A stretch of 46,082 nt of DNA. It comes from Nemertoderma westbladi (taxonomy: Eukaryota > Animalia > Xenacoelomorpha). The position numbers and the translations under genes are program-made. Positions 21,201 to 34,354 of this stretch are shown here, piece after piece. The notes below the pieces were generated by a model. It saw only the letters and a program-made list of their open reading frames with translations. It made no database searches and was not told the origin of the DNA. The stretch is from assembly GCA_032718475.1 (NCBI GenBank), contig JAUCBJ010007282.1, positions 1 to 46,082 on the forward strand. Reading direction: 5' to 3'. Numbering within the stretch: position 1 is the stretch's first letter; each line of letters opens with the position of its first letter.

Positions 21201-24200
21201 CGATAGAAGAACCGAAATAATTCGATAAATTTCGCCCGAAAATCACGAAAATCGCCCTCTAGCGGCAGACGGGCGAACTTCAGACGACTCTGAGTATTAC
21301 GTTGCAACGAGTTAGAGCGAGACCTTTCTAACGAGCTATAGCAAGCGAGATTTCATCGAGATGGGTTCGATTGTATAGCCGATGACAAACACACAGACAG
21401 ACAGACTGACTGACAGACAATCGATATTTATATATATTAGACTAGAAAGCCTGTGGCCCTTCGGGCCACAGCTTTCTAGTGCACGTGCAGATGATATATG
21501 AATATGTGTGGGAGATTTGAGAACTGCATACGGAACAGACACCATCATTAAATAAAACACCACCCCCATAAGAGATAACTGTCAAGTTTCAACTTTAGGC
21601 AGATTGTAAATAACAAAATTTCCAGAAAATGATCACTTTCAGATCCACCCTCTACCTGCGGAGTGGTGAAATGCAGACGGCGCTGCAGTTTGGTAAAGAT
21701 GGGGTTTATGGTGAAGTAAAATGCCTGCCTTTCAAGTTTCAGCTTAAACAGATTGTAAATAACAAAATTGGTGTAGATGTTCATATTCAAACATTTCACC
21801 CTCTAGCGGTAGACTGAAGAACTGTAGACGACTCTAGGACTCAGTAAAGATACAGAATATGCTGTAGTAGATTCCTGCCAAGTTCCAGCTCAATAGGATT
21901 AAAAAGAACCAAATGGGATGAGGTGTTCACTATCAGATATTTCGCCCTCTAGCGTCAAATGGGGGGACTGTATACAACTCTGCGAATCCGTAAAGGTACA
22001 GCCTATGTTGTAGTAGATGCCTACCAAGTTTCAGTCTAAACCGTTAGTAAATAACAAAGTTGGAGAAGATGTTAACTTTCAGACATTTCACCCTCTAGCG
22101 GTAGACTGGGGAAGTGTATAGGACTCTGCAACTCCGTAAAGATACAGCCTATGATGTAGTAGATACCTGCCAAGTTTCAGCTCAAAATGATTAAAAAGAA
22201 CCAAATGGGATGAGGTTTTCACTATCAGACAATTCCCCATCTAGCGGCTGACTGTGGAACTGTAGACGACTCTACTACTCCACAAAGATATAGCCTATGC
22301 TATAGTAGATGTCTACCAAGTTTCAGTCTAAAAGGATTGTAAATAACAAAGTTGGAGGAGATGTTAACTTTCATACATTTCGCCCTCTAGCGGCAGACGC
22401 GGGTAATGTAGACAACTCTGCGCGACTCAGTAAAGATATAGCCTATGCTGTAGTAGATGCCTACCAAGTTCAGTCTAAATGGATTATAAATAACAAAGTT
22501 GGAGAAGATGGTAACTTTCAGACATTTCACCCTCTAGCGGTAGACTGGGGAAGTGTATAGGACTCTGCAACTCCGTAAAGATAGAGCCTAGGATGTAGTA
22601 GATACCTGCCAAGTTTCAACTCAAAAGGATTAAAAAGAACCAAATGGGATGAGGTTTTCACTATCAGACAATTCGCCCATCTAGCGGCTGACTGTGGAAC
22701 TGTAGACGACTCTAATACTCCGCAAAGATATAGCCTATGCTAGAGTAGATGCCTACCAAGTTTCAGTCTAAAAGGTTTGTAAATAACAAAGTTGGAGAAG
22801 ATGTTAACTTTCATACATTTCACCCTCTAGCGGCAGACGCGGGTACTGTAGACAACTCTGCGCGACTCAGTAAAGATATAGGCTATGCTGTAGTAGATGC
22901 CTACCAAGTTCAGTCTAAATGGATTATAAATAACAAAGTTGGAGAAGATGTTAACTTGCAGACATTTCACCCTCTAGCGGTAGACTGGGAAATTGTAGAC
23001 GACTCTGCGACTCAGTAAAGATTCAGCCTATGCTGTAGTAGATGCCTACCAAGTTTCAGTCAAAACGGATTGTAAATAATAAAGTTGGAGAAGATGTTAA
23101 CTCTCAGACATTTAGCCCTCTAACGGTAGACTGGGGAACTGTAGACAACCCAGTGACTCCGGAAATATACAGCCTATGCTGCAGTATATAGCTACCACGT
23201 TTCAGCTCAAAAGCATTAAAAACAACCCTATAAGATCAGGTTTTCACTATCGGACAATTCGCCCTCTAGCGGCAGCTGGGGAAACTTCAGACGGCTCTGA
23301 GTATTACGTTGCAACGAGTTAGGGCAAGACCTATCTAACGAGCTATAGTAAGCGAGATTTCATCGAGATTAGATGTATAATATTAGATAAAATAATAATA
23401 CAGTAAGTATAGGCCTACAGAAATAATTATTTTACTTTTAATATTCATAACAGTAAAACAAAAATGTTATAAACCTCTCCTTCAATGCAGCCAATGATTG
23501 AGAAAGCAGAATTACACTTGAGCAGTTCGCAACAGACAACCCAAACCCACCCCAATCAACACTACAGCCTGGCTTGCTCCTTATCTGTGCCCAGCTAGCT
23601 GTGATTTCAATAATTACCTTAACGATGCTATGATACAGAAAAAAATCCTTCCCTATATTCACTACAGCACTAAGAATAGGCCAATTCGATCGTGCTTGGC
23701 GAATATGACATATTTATACACTATTTGGTTTTTAATCAATAAATAATCATACATATTTATATTAAACACTCGAATAAAATAAAAACTTTGTGAGAATGGG
23801 ACACGGCGAATCTACCCATGTTAATTTTATACCAGGTGGGATAAATGTTAGCCCTCTAAATAATTAATTACCGATAGAAGAACCGAAATAATTCGATAAA
23901 TTTCGCCCGAAAATCACGAAAATCGCCCTCTAGCGGCAGACGGGGAACTTCAGACGGGTCTGAGTATTACGTTGCAACGAGTTAGGGCGAGACCTTTCTA
24001 ACGAGCTATAGTAAGCGAGATTTCATCGAGATGGGTTCGATTGTATAGCTGATGACAAACAGACAGACAGACAGACAATGCATATTTATGGAGGAGATGT
24101 TAACTTTCATACATTTCGCCCTCTAGCGGCAGACGCGGGTAATGTAGACAACTCTGCGCGACTCAGTAAAGATATAGCCTATGCTGTAGTAGATGCCTAC

Positions 24201-27200
24201 CAAGTTCAGTCTAAATGGATTATAAATAACAAAGTTGGAGAAGATGTTAACTTTCAGACATTTCGCCCTCTAGCGGTAGATTGGGGAATTGTAGACGACT
24301 CTGCGACTCAGTAAAGATACAGCCTATGCTGTAGTAGATGCCTACCAAGTTTCAGTCTAAACGGATTGTAAATAACAAAGTTGGAGAAGATGTTAACTCT
24401 CAGACATTTAGCCCTCTAACGGTAGACTGGGGAACTGTAGACAACTCTGTGACTCCGGAAATATACAGCCTATGCTGCAGTATATAGCTACCAAGTTTCA
24501 GCTCAAAGGCATTAAAAACAACCCAATGAGATCAGGTTTTCACTATCGGACAATTCGCCCTCTAGCGGCAGATGGGGGAACTTCAGACGGCTCTGAGTCT
24601 TACGTTGCAACGAGTTAGGGCGAGACCTATCTAACGAGCTATAGTAAGCGAGATTTCATCGAGATTAGATGTATAATATTAGATAAAATAATAACACAGT
24701 AAGTATAGGCCTACAGAAATAATTATTTTACTTTTAATATTCATAACAGTAAAACAAAAATGTTATAAACCTCTCCTTCCATGCAGCCAATGATTGAGAA
24801 AGCAGAATTACATTTGAGCAGTTCGCAACAGACAACCCAAACCCACCCCAATCAACACTCCAGCCTGGCTTGCTCCTTATCTGTGCCCAGCTAGCTGCGA
24901 TTTCAATAATTACCTTAACGTTGCTATGATACAGAAAAAAATCCTTCCCTATTCACTACAGCACTAAGAATAGGCCAATTCGATCGTGCTTGGCGAATAT
25001 GACATATTTATACACTATTTGGTTTTTAATCAATAAATAATCATACATATTTATATTAAACACTCGAATAAAATAAAAACTTTGTGAGAATGGGACACGG
25101 CGAATCTACTCATGTTAATTTTATACCAGATGGGATAAATGTTAGCCCTCTAAATAATTAATTACCGATAGAAGAACCGAAATAATTCGATAAATTTCGC
25201 CCGAAAATCACGAAAATCGCCCTCTAGCGGCAGACGGGTGAACTTCAGACGACTCTGAGTATTACGTTGCAACGAGTTAGAGCGAGACCTTTCTAACGAG
25301 CTATAGCAAGCGAGATTTCATCGAGATGGGTTCGATTGTATAGCTGATGACAAACAGACAGACAGACAGACAGACAATCGAGATTTATATATATTAGACT
25401 AGAAAGCCTGTGGCCCTTCGGGCCACAGCTTTCTAGTGCACGTGCAGATGATATATGAATATGTGTGGGAGATTTGAGAACTGCATACGGAACAGACACC
25501 ATCATTAAATAAAACACCACCCCCATAAGAGATAACTGTCAAGTTTCAACTTTAGGCAGATTGTAAATAACAAAATTTCCAGAAAATGATCACTTTCAGA
25601 TCGACTCCGTAAAGGTACAGCCTATGCTGTAGTAGATGCCTACCAAGTTTCAGTCTAAACCGTTAGTAAATAACAGTAGACTGGGGAAGTGTATAGGACT
25701 CTGCAACTCCGTAAAGATACAGCCTATGATGTAGTAGATACCTGCCAAGTTTTAGCTCAAAAAGATTAAAAAGAACCAAATGGGATGAGGTTTTCACTAT
25801 CAGACAATTCGCCCTCTAGCGGCTGACTGTGGAACTCTAGACAACTCTACTACTCCGCAAAGATATAGCCTATGCTATAGTAGATGCCTACCAAGTTTCA
25901 GTCTAAAAGGATTGTAAATAACAAAGTTGGAGGAGATGTTAACTTTCATACATTTCGCCCTCTAGCGGCAGACGCGGGTACTGTAGACAACTCTGCGCGA
26001 CTCAGTAAAGATATAGCCTATGCTGTAGTAGATGCCTACCAAGTTCAGTCTAAATGGATTATAAATAACAAAGTTGGAGAAGATGTTAACTTTCAGACAT
26101 TTCGCCCTCTAGCGGTAGACCGGGGAATTGTAGACGACTCTGCTACTCAGTAAAGATACAGTCTATGCTGTAGTAGATGCCTACCAAGTTTCAGTCTAAA
26201 CGGATTGTAAATAACAAAGTTGGAGAAGATGTTAACTCTCAGACATTTAGCCCTCTAACGGTAGACTGGGGAACTGTAGACAACCCAGTGACTCCGGAAA
26301 TAATACAGCCTATGCTGCAGTATATAGCTACCAAGTTTCAGCTCAAAAGCATTAAAAACAACCCAATAAGATCAGGTTTTCACTATCGGACAATTCGCCC
26401 TCTAGCGGCAGACGGGGGAACTTCAGACGGCTCTGAGTATTACGTTGCAACGACTTAGGGCGAGACCTATCTAACGTGCTATAGTAAGCGAGATTTCATC
26501 GAGATTAGATGTATACTATTAGATAAAATAATAATACAGTAAGTATAGGCCTACAGAAATAATTATTTTCCTTTTAATGTTCATAACAGTAAAACAAAAA
26601 TGTTATAAACCTCTCCTTCCATGCAGCCAATGATTGAAAAAGCAGAATTACTCTGAGCAATTAGCAATAGACAACCCAAACCCACCCCAATCAACACTCC
26701 AGCCTGCTTGCTCCTTATCTGTGCCCAGCCAGCTAGCTGCGAGTTCAATAATTACCTTAACGTTGCTATGATACAGAAAACAATCCTTCCCTATTCAATA
26801 GCAATAGGCCAATTCGATCGTGCTTGGCGAATATGACATATTTATACACTATTTGATTTTTAATCAATAAATAATCATACATATTTATATTAAACACTCG
26901 AATAAAATAAAAACTTTGTGAGAATGGGACACGGCGAATCTACCCATGTTAATTTTATACCAGGTGGGATAAATGTTAGCCCTCTAAATAATTAATTACC
27001 GATAGAAGAACCGAAATAATTCGATAAATTTCGCCCGAAAATCACGAAAATCGCCCTCTAGCGGCAGACGGGCGAACTTCAGACGACTATGAGTATTACG
27101 TTGCAACGAGTTAGAGCGAGACCTTTCTAACGAGCTATAGCAAGCGAGATTTCATCGAGATGGGTTCGATTGTATAGCCGATGACAAACACACAGACAGA

Positions 27201-29467
27201 CAGACAATCGAGATTTATATATATTAGACTAGAAAGCTTGTGGCCCTTCGGGCCACAGCTTTCTAGTGCACGTGCAGATGATATATGAATATGTGTGGGA
27301 GATTTGAGAACTGCATACGGAACAGACACCATCATTAAATAAAACACCACCCCCATAAGAGATAACTGTCAAGTTTCAACTTTACAGTAGGCAGATTGTA
27401 AATAACAAAATTTCAAGAAAATGATCACTTTCAGATCCACCCTCTACCTGTGGACTGGTGAATTGCAGACGGCGCTGCAGTTTGGTAAAGATGGGGTTTA
27501 TGGTGAAGTAAAATGCCTGCCTTTCAAGTTTCAGCTTAAATAGATTGTAAATAACAAAATTGGTGTAGATGTTCACATTCAGACATTTCACCCTCTAGCC
27601 GTAGACTGAAGAACTGTAGACGACTCTGGGACTCCGTAAAGATACAGAATATGCTGTAGTAGATTCCTGCCGAGTTCCAGCTCAATAGGATTAAAAAGAA
27701 CCAAATGGGATGAGGTGTTCACTATCAGATATTTCGCCCTCTAGCGGCAGATGGAGGGACTGTATACAACTCTGCGACTCCGTAAAGGTACAGCCTATGC
27801 TGTAGTAGATGCCTACCAAGTTTCAGTCTAAACCGTTAGTAAATAACGAAGTTAGAGAAGATGTTAACTTTCAGACATTTCACCCTGTAGCGGTAGACTG
27901 GGGAAGCGTATAGGACTCTGCAACTCCGTAAAGATACAGCCTATGATGTAGTAGATACCTGCCAAGTTTCAGTTCAAAATTATTAAAAAGAACCAAATGG
28001 GATGAGGTTTTCACTATCAGACAATTCGCCCTCTAGCGGCTGACTGTGGAACTGTAGACGACTCTACTACTCCGCAAAGATATAGCCTATGCTATAGTAG
28101 ATGCCTACCAAGTTTCAGTCTAAAAGGTTTGTAAATAACAAAGTTGGAGAAGATGTTAACTTTCATACATTTCGCCCTCTAGCGGCAGACGCGGGTACTG
28201 TAGACAACTCTGCGCGACTCAGTAAAGATATAGCCTATGCTGTAGTAGATGCCTACCAAGTTCAGTCTAAATGGATTATAAATAACAAAGTTGGAGAAGA
28301 TGTTAACTTGCAGACATTTCGCCCTCTAGCGGTAGACTGGGAAATTGTAAACGACTCTGCGACTCAGTAAAGATTCAGCCTATGCTGTAGTAGATGCCTA
28401 CCAAGTTTCAGTCAAAACGGATTGTAAATAATAAAGTTGGAGAAGATGTTAACTCTCAGACATTTAGCCCTCTAACGGTAGACTGGGGAACTGTAGACAA
28501 CCCAGTGACTCCGGAAATATACAGCCTATGCTGCAGTATATAGCTACCACGTTTCAGCTCAAAAGCATTAAAAACAACCCTATAAGATCAGGTTTTCACT
28601 ATCGGATAATTCGCCCTCTAGCGGCAGACGGTGGAACTTCAGACGGCTCTGAGTATTACGTTGCAACGAGTTAGGGCGAGACCTATCTAACGAGCTATAG
28701 TAAGCGAGATTTCATCGAGATTAGATGTATAATATTAGATAAAATAATAATACAGTAAGTATAGGCCTACAGAAATAATTATTTTACTTTTACAGTAATA
28801 TTCATAACAGTAAAACAAAAATGTTATAAACCTCTCCTTCCATGCAGCCAATGATTGAGAAAGCAGAATTACACTTGAGCAGTTCGCAACAGACAACCCA
28901 AACCCACCCCAATCAACACTACAGCCTGGCTTGCTCCTTATCTGTGCCCAGCTAGCTGCGATTTCAATAATTACCTTAACGTTGCTATGATACAGAAAAA
29001 AATCCTTCCCTATTCACTACAGCACTAAGAATAGGCCAATTCGATCGTGCTTGGCGAATATGACATATTTATACACTATTTGGTTTTTAATCAATAAATA
29101 ATCATACATATTTATATTAAACACTCAAATAAAATAAAAACTTTGTGAGAATGGGACACGGCGAATTTACACATGTTAATTTTATACCAGGTGGGATAAA
29201 TGTTAGCCCTCTAAATAATTAATTACCGATAGAAGAACCGAAATAATTCGATAAATTTCGCCCGAAAATTACGAAAATCGCCCTCTAGCGGCAGACGGGC
29301 GAACTTCAGACGACTCTGAGTATTACGTTGCAACGAGTTAGAGCGAGACCTTTCTAACGAGCTATAGCAAGCGAGATTTCATCGAGATGGGTTCGATTGT
29401 ATAGCCGATGACAAACACACAGACAGACAGACTGACTGACAGACAATCGATATTTATATATATTAGA
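18214..29467 (-). mobile_element. Head-to-tail tandem array of a non-autonomous Helitron (about six units of 1.2-2.6 kb)
   Basis: Minus-strand units start TCTAATATATATAAAT + (TCTG)n and end with hairpin CTGTGGCCC-GAA-GGGCCACAG then GCTTTCTAG. Junctions at 19444|19445, 21441|21442, 25398|25399 and 27228|27229; rearranged junction ~24087; outer 5' end at 29467 preceded by A. Confidence 0.88.
19790..20590. repeat. Representative block of ~146-bp internal monomers (also ~18214-18600, 21790-23270, 24090-24570, 25600-26410, 27580-28625)
   Basis: CRCCCTCTAGCGG at 19951, 20097, 20243, 20389 and 20536. Two interspersed monomer variants (AAATAACAAAGTTGGAGAAGATG type; AAAAAGAACCAAATGGGATGAGG type). Confidence 0.92.
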
Positions 29468-31830
29468 TAGAAACCTAAGCCTACTGTTAACTTTCGAGAA
29501 AATATTTTTCACTGTAGTTTCTCCTGATAAGCAGTTATCCAATGTGGCGCCTAAATATTTAACTTCCTTTTTATTTTCCATTTTTATCATTTTTATGTCC
29601 ATTACTAGTGACTTCAAACTTGTTACCTTCTTTAACTTTCTTTTGGAACCAAACAAAATACTTTCAGTCTTACCGTAGTGAATGGATAAGCTTATTATCA
29701 ACCAACCACTCATTACAGGATTCTAGAACTGCACTTAACTTTTGGGAAATATGGATAGGATCTTTATGAGAGAAAATAAGAGCACTGTCGTCGGCATATA
29801 AAATGAGTTTAAAATCGGGATCTATACTACTTATCATATCATTTACATAGCATACAAAAAGCAGAGGACCTAATATACTACCTTGCGGTACACCACAGGT
29901 AATCTCTTGACCTCTGTCTGACAGGTAGGACTTGAACCAGTCTATAGAACCTACACCCATCAGGCCTAACTTACCAAGCAGAATTTCGTGATCTACAGTA
30001 TCGAAAGCCTTTTGTAGGTCCAACATTTGCGTTATTACATCTAATTGTATCAACAACAAAAAAGCAAACGGTCGGCCGAAGCCGGAGGCGACCCGAAGGC
30101 TCCTCTTTCGATAGCTGCTACCCGAGGGTAGGGGTGGGCGCTACTTCATCACAAGTTTTGCTCCCAGTTATTTAACTGGTACTCATTTTATCGTCCCCAG
30201 TGGATGAAAGGCTGAGTGGACCCTGGCGGGGCTGAACCTACAACCATTAGATTGCAGGCCCGGTGCTCAACCAACTGAGCTACCCCGCCTTGTATCAGTT
30301 AAGTTAATAAGTTATTGTATCAGTTAAGTTAATAAGGCAGGTGTCTGTAGAATATGATTTACGAAAACCGGACTGAAGTTCATAGATCAGATTCAGCCTA
30401 CTAAGATGTGCCTCCAGCTGTAGAAAAACAGAACGTTCTAGAATTTTAGATACAATACTTAAGATACTAACAGGTCTGTAATTACATGGTTCTACTTTAC
30501 TATTCTTTTTATACAGAGGAACAACCTTAGCTAATTTCAGTTCGTCTGGTACTACATTATCTACGATAGAGTAATTAATAATAAAAGTAATATGCACTTT
30601 AAGTACTTCAGCACCATCCTTAAGAAAACGGGCAGGTATTAGGTCTAGACCGGTACTTTTTGAGGCTGATAGGCTAAGTAGATTTTGAAAAACGAAATCC
30701 TCAGAAACGGGTTTTAAAAATAACTTTTCTGAATTTTGTAACTTTTCTAAATAAAAATTATTTAGAGTTTCGGACCCTATACTATATTTATTACTTGATA
30801 ACGGTAACTTCTTAACTAAATTAGAGGCAACATTAGTAAAATAATTATTAAATAAATTACTAACTAGAGTATGATCATGAATCAGCTCACCGTTATCTTG
30901 CAGAACAATATTCGATTTAGATTTAAGGTTTTTATAACCTAAAGATTTTAGGGTAGACCATAGACTTTTAGGATTATCTTTATTCTCACTTATTTTGTTG
31001 TACAAATATTCAGATTTAGCTTTTTTTTATTTCCCGTTGGACAAGGTTTCTATATTTGCAGTAATTATTATAATCAGCTGAAACACGGTATTTCCTAAAT
31101 TTATACAAATAGTTATCTCTTTCTCTGATATTACTAAGAATACCCGAGGTCATCCAGGGCTCAGTGCGTTGTTTAAGATTAATTTCTTTAATTGGTGCTA
31201 CAGTATTAAGTGACTTTAAAAATATATCTTTAAAAACAGTGTACGCATGGTTAATGTCAGCGGCCTTAAAACAGGGTTCCCAGTCAGAATTAACTAACAA
31301 ACTTAAAAAGCGTTCCTTGCTGTAATTTTTCATAGACCTAACAGTTACTGTTTTATGATCCCCGAAAAAAGATTGTTGTGTCTTTCTTGTGCAAAAACTA
31401 TAAAATGATCGCTTAGACCTATAGGTAAAACCCCAGATTGAGAAATAATATCGGTATTATTACAAAGGATGTGATCTAGTAAAGTAGAAGTTTTACTGGT
31501 AATTCTGGTAGAATCTCGAATAATTTGTTTTAAACCAAACAAATTTAAAATACTTTGGTACTGTTTACAGATGGGGGATGTTTGTGATGGTAACAGATAT
31601 TAAAATCACCTAAGAAATATATTTCACAGTCTGACCTAAGATTACATAAAATTGTATTTTCAAAATTTTGCAAAAAATCTGATTGTTTAGGGGGCCGATA
31701 TAAAGTACCGATTAAAATAGGTTTAGTTTTAGGAAGTAAAAGTTCCACCAGTAAAACTTCGTCACAAGACTCTAAATCTTCCCTACGATTAAAAGCTAAA
31801 TCACATCGAATGTAAGTAAGTACAGTCAAG
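29468..31830 (-). mobile_element. Decayed CR1/L2-group (Crack/Daphne-like) LINE ORF2: APE endonuclease + reverse transcriptase
   Basis: EN motifs IGTLYRPP, LGDFNI, LSDH; RT motifs [58 protein letters not shown]; multiple frameshifts. Clade assignment approximate. Confidence 0.92.
30053..30289 (-). mobile_element. tRNA-derived SINE with Nin/Deu-like central domain, inserted in the LINE
   Basis: Head GGCGGGGTAGCTCAGTTGGTTGAGCA...GGTTCAGCCCC (A/B boxes); core CACTCAGCCTTTCATCC...GATAAAATGAGTACCAG; T-rich/(TTG)n tail; TSD TTGTATCA at 30045-30052 and 30290-30297. Confidence 0.88.
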
Positions 31831-32210
31831 ATGATTGTAGATGTTCACAGCAAACTTTATCATGCTGGTAGAGAACGAGTTCTTAGCGAAATTCGAACTC
31901 GCTATTATTTTTATAAACCCCGTAGAGCTCTGAACCAAGTTCTTAGGAACTGCATACCCTGTAGGAAAGCATTCAGTAGGCCTTTAACACAGCGAGAGGC
32001 AGAATTACCTAGGGAACGAGTAAGCTTTTATGAACCACCCTTTACTAATACCGGTGTAGATTTATTTGGCCCTATTGAAGTATATCGTGCTAGGACTATA
32101 GTCAAGAGATGGTGTGTCATCTTTGTTTGTATGACTTGTAGAGCTATCCATCTCGATATGGTGAACGATTTATCTACCAACAGCTTCCTATTAAGCTTAC
32201 GACAGTTTTT
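31831..32210 (+). pseudogene. Bel/Pao integrase fragment (HHCC zinc finger and start of catalytic core)
   Basis: H..YHAG...CIPCRK, LPRERV...PPFTNTGVDLFGP, KRWCVIFVCMTCRAIHLDMVNDLSTNSFLLSLRQF. Confidence 0.92.
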
Positions 32211-32590
32211 ACAGTCATCTTTGTCTATCCCTATCGATAGTCATTGGGCTAAAGTTTGTCTACGCCAAGTTTGGAGATAACACAACCAATTAGTTGCCTT
32301 GATCCTATGTAAAATCCAAGTTGCTAAGATAAAAAAAGAAAGGAAATTGAAAGTGATTATAAAATACAAAAAAATTGTTTGGCTGAATTACGAATTTGTT
32401 ATGGATTGACCCCCTTTTTTGGCTAGACTCGCCTATGAGATATTGGCGTTCAAAGATTGCAAGAATTATCGTTCGCTAGACGATAATTATACTATTCAAA
32501 AAATAGATAACATTCTAGAACGTATTATTTATCTCATGAAGTTCTTGCAAACTTTGTACGCCTATATATCAGCAGTTTCTAAACAAATAT

Positions 32591-33267
32591 GCAGACATTG
32601 TTACATATCTGGAATCGTTTGTAACGCAAGCTGCAGGCATTGTTACATATCTGGAATCGTTTGTAACGCAAGCTGCAGACATTGTTACATATCTGGAATC
32701 GTTTGTAACGCAAGCTGCAGACATTGTTACATATCTGGAATCGTTTGTAACGCAAGCTGCAGACATTGTTACATATCTGGAATCGTTTGTAACGCAAGCT
32801 GCAGACATTGTTACATATCTGGAATCGTTTGTAACGCAAGCTGCAGACATTGTTACATATCTGGAATCGTTTGTAACGCAAGCTGCAGACATTGTTACAT
32901 ATCTGGAATCGTTTGTAACGCAAGCTGCAGACATTGTTACATATCTGGAATCGTTTGTAACGCAAGCTGCAGACATTGTTACATATCTGGAATCGTTTGT
33001 AACGCAAGCTGCAGACATTGTTACATATCTGGAATCGTTTGTAACGCAAGCTTTACAGACATTGTTACATATCTGGAATCGTTTGTAACGCAAGCTGCAG
33101 ACATTGTTACATATCTGGAATCGTTTGTAACGCAAGCTTTACAGACATTGTTACATATCTGGAATCGTTTGTAACGCAAGCTGCAGACATTATTACATAT
33201 CTGGAATCGTTTGTAACGCAAGCTGCAGACATTGTTACATATCTGGAATCGTTTGTAACGCAAGCTT
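32591..33267. repeat. 42-bp minisatellite, ~16 near-identical copies
   Basis: Unit GCAGACATTGTTACATATCTGGAATCGTTTGTAACGCAAGCT; a 43-bp variant occurs near the right end. Confidence 0.97.
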
Positions 33268-34354
33268 TATAATGATATGACTAATGTGAACAACAACGGC
33301 GACGATGGTGAGGTTATAATATAGCAAAATACATTTTTTTTAAACGCTTATAAAAAATGTTAAGGCCAAATCGAAAATTCCGGCTTCATTGTAACAACGA
33401 CGGTGAGTTGAACTAGTTCTGTTTAAAATTTTAAGCAATATGATAAAAATTTGTAGAAAAAGTTTGGGGGGGGGGGGGTGGGGTCATCAGAAAATGACAC
33501 TATATTAGTATATTACGGGTCATGACAAGGTATATATTTGAGAAATACCTCAAAATAATATCGCACGTTAGATAAGACAGGTAGATTATAAAACAACAAC
33601 GCATAAAATAATTGTGTAAAACAACAACAACAAAAGTTTCAAATGCAGTTTTTATCGGTATAGTCCTTCGGAATGTTACCATTTAGAAATAGAATTACAA
33701 TTTATGCGATTATTCAATTATTAATGATAACTCTCATTATTTCTCACAAGTTTATTAGAAAGTCAATAATTCTAGTTTCCAAAAACTTAGCCGTTTATCG
33801 AAGAAACAAATTGGGCTTCACAATCCGTCAATCAAATATAATTAACTTTTGAAGTAGTTTTGAGTTTTTAGTATCAAATTTAACACAATAATAATTTACT
33901 TTACGTTCATAGCGGATTGATTAATTGGTAAAACTAATGTTTTTCAGATAGTTCCAGTTTGAATTCAACACCAAACATATAGTAACACAAAGTTAAATTA
34001 GCAATATTTAGGCTATTTTCGAACTCATCCAAAAACTGTACATAATTTATTTTTATCAATATCCCCTAAGGAATTTAGATAGAAGAGTTTGGAAAAAGAA
34101 TTCCCGGCAATATTGCACAATTTGTAATGCAAATATAGTACAATCTGAAGAGCGATTTATTGGTACCAATAGAAAACTGGCAATGCAAGGATTCTAAATT
34201 CGTAACACGGTCTCAATTTCGTTAGTTTCTAAATAGTTAATTCCGGGTTTTGAAAAAATTATACGTTTTTTCGAATGTAATACGTGATTTTATTCTTAAA
34301 TTGTTACTTTTCCGCCCGAATATACCTCAAAATTGGGAGAAAGTGGGGAAAAAA

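Noticed and set aside
18214-29467. CRISPR-like array or repeated small genes (MPTKFQSKRIVNNKVG...)
   Set aside because: No unique spacers, eukaryotic context and no cas genes; the ORFs are frameshifted between monomers.
30225-30289. tRNA-Cys(GCA) gene
   Set aside because: Anticodon and T arms are degenerate, and it continues into a SINE core and tail bounded by a TSD.
32419-33263. Cys/His-rich repeat protein (CRHCYISGIVCNAS)n resembling a metallothionein or zinc finger
   Set aside because: Translation of a near-identical 42-bp minisatellite open in several frames on both strands; no synonymous variation, and 43-bp variants break the frame.
33465-33483. Poly-G tract as a functional G-quadruplex
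   Set aside because: Isolated homopolymer with no supporting context.
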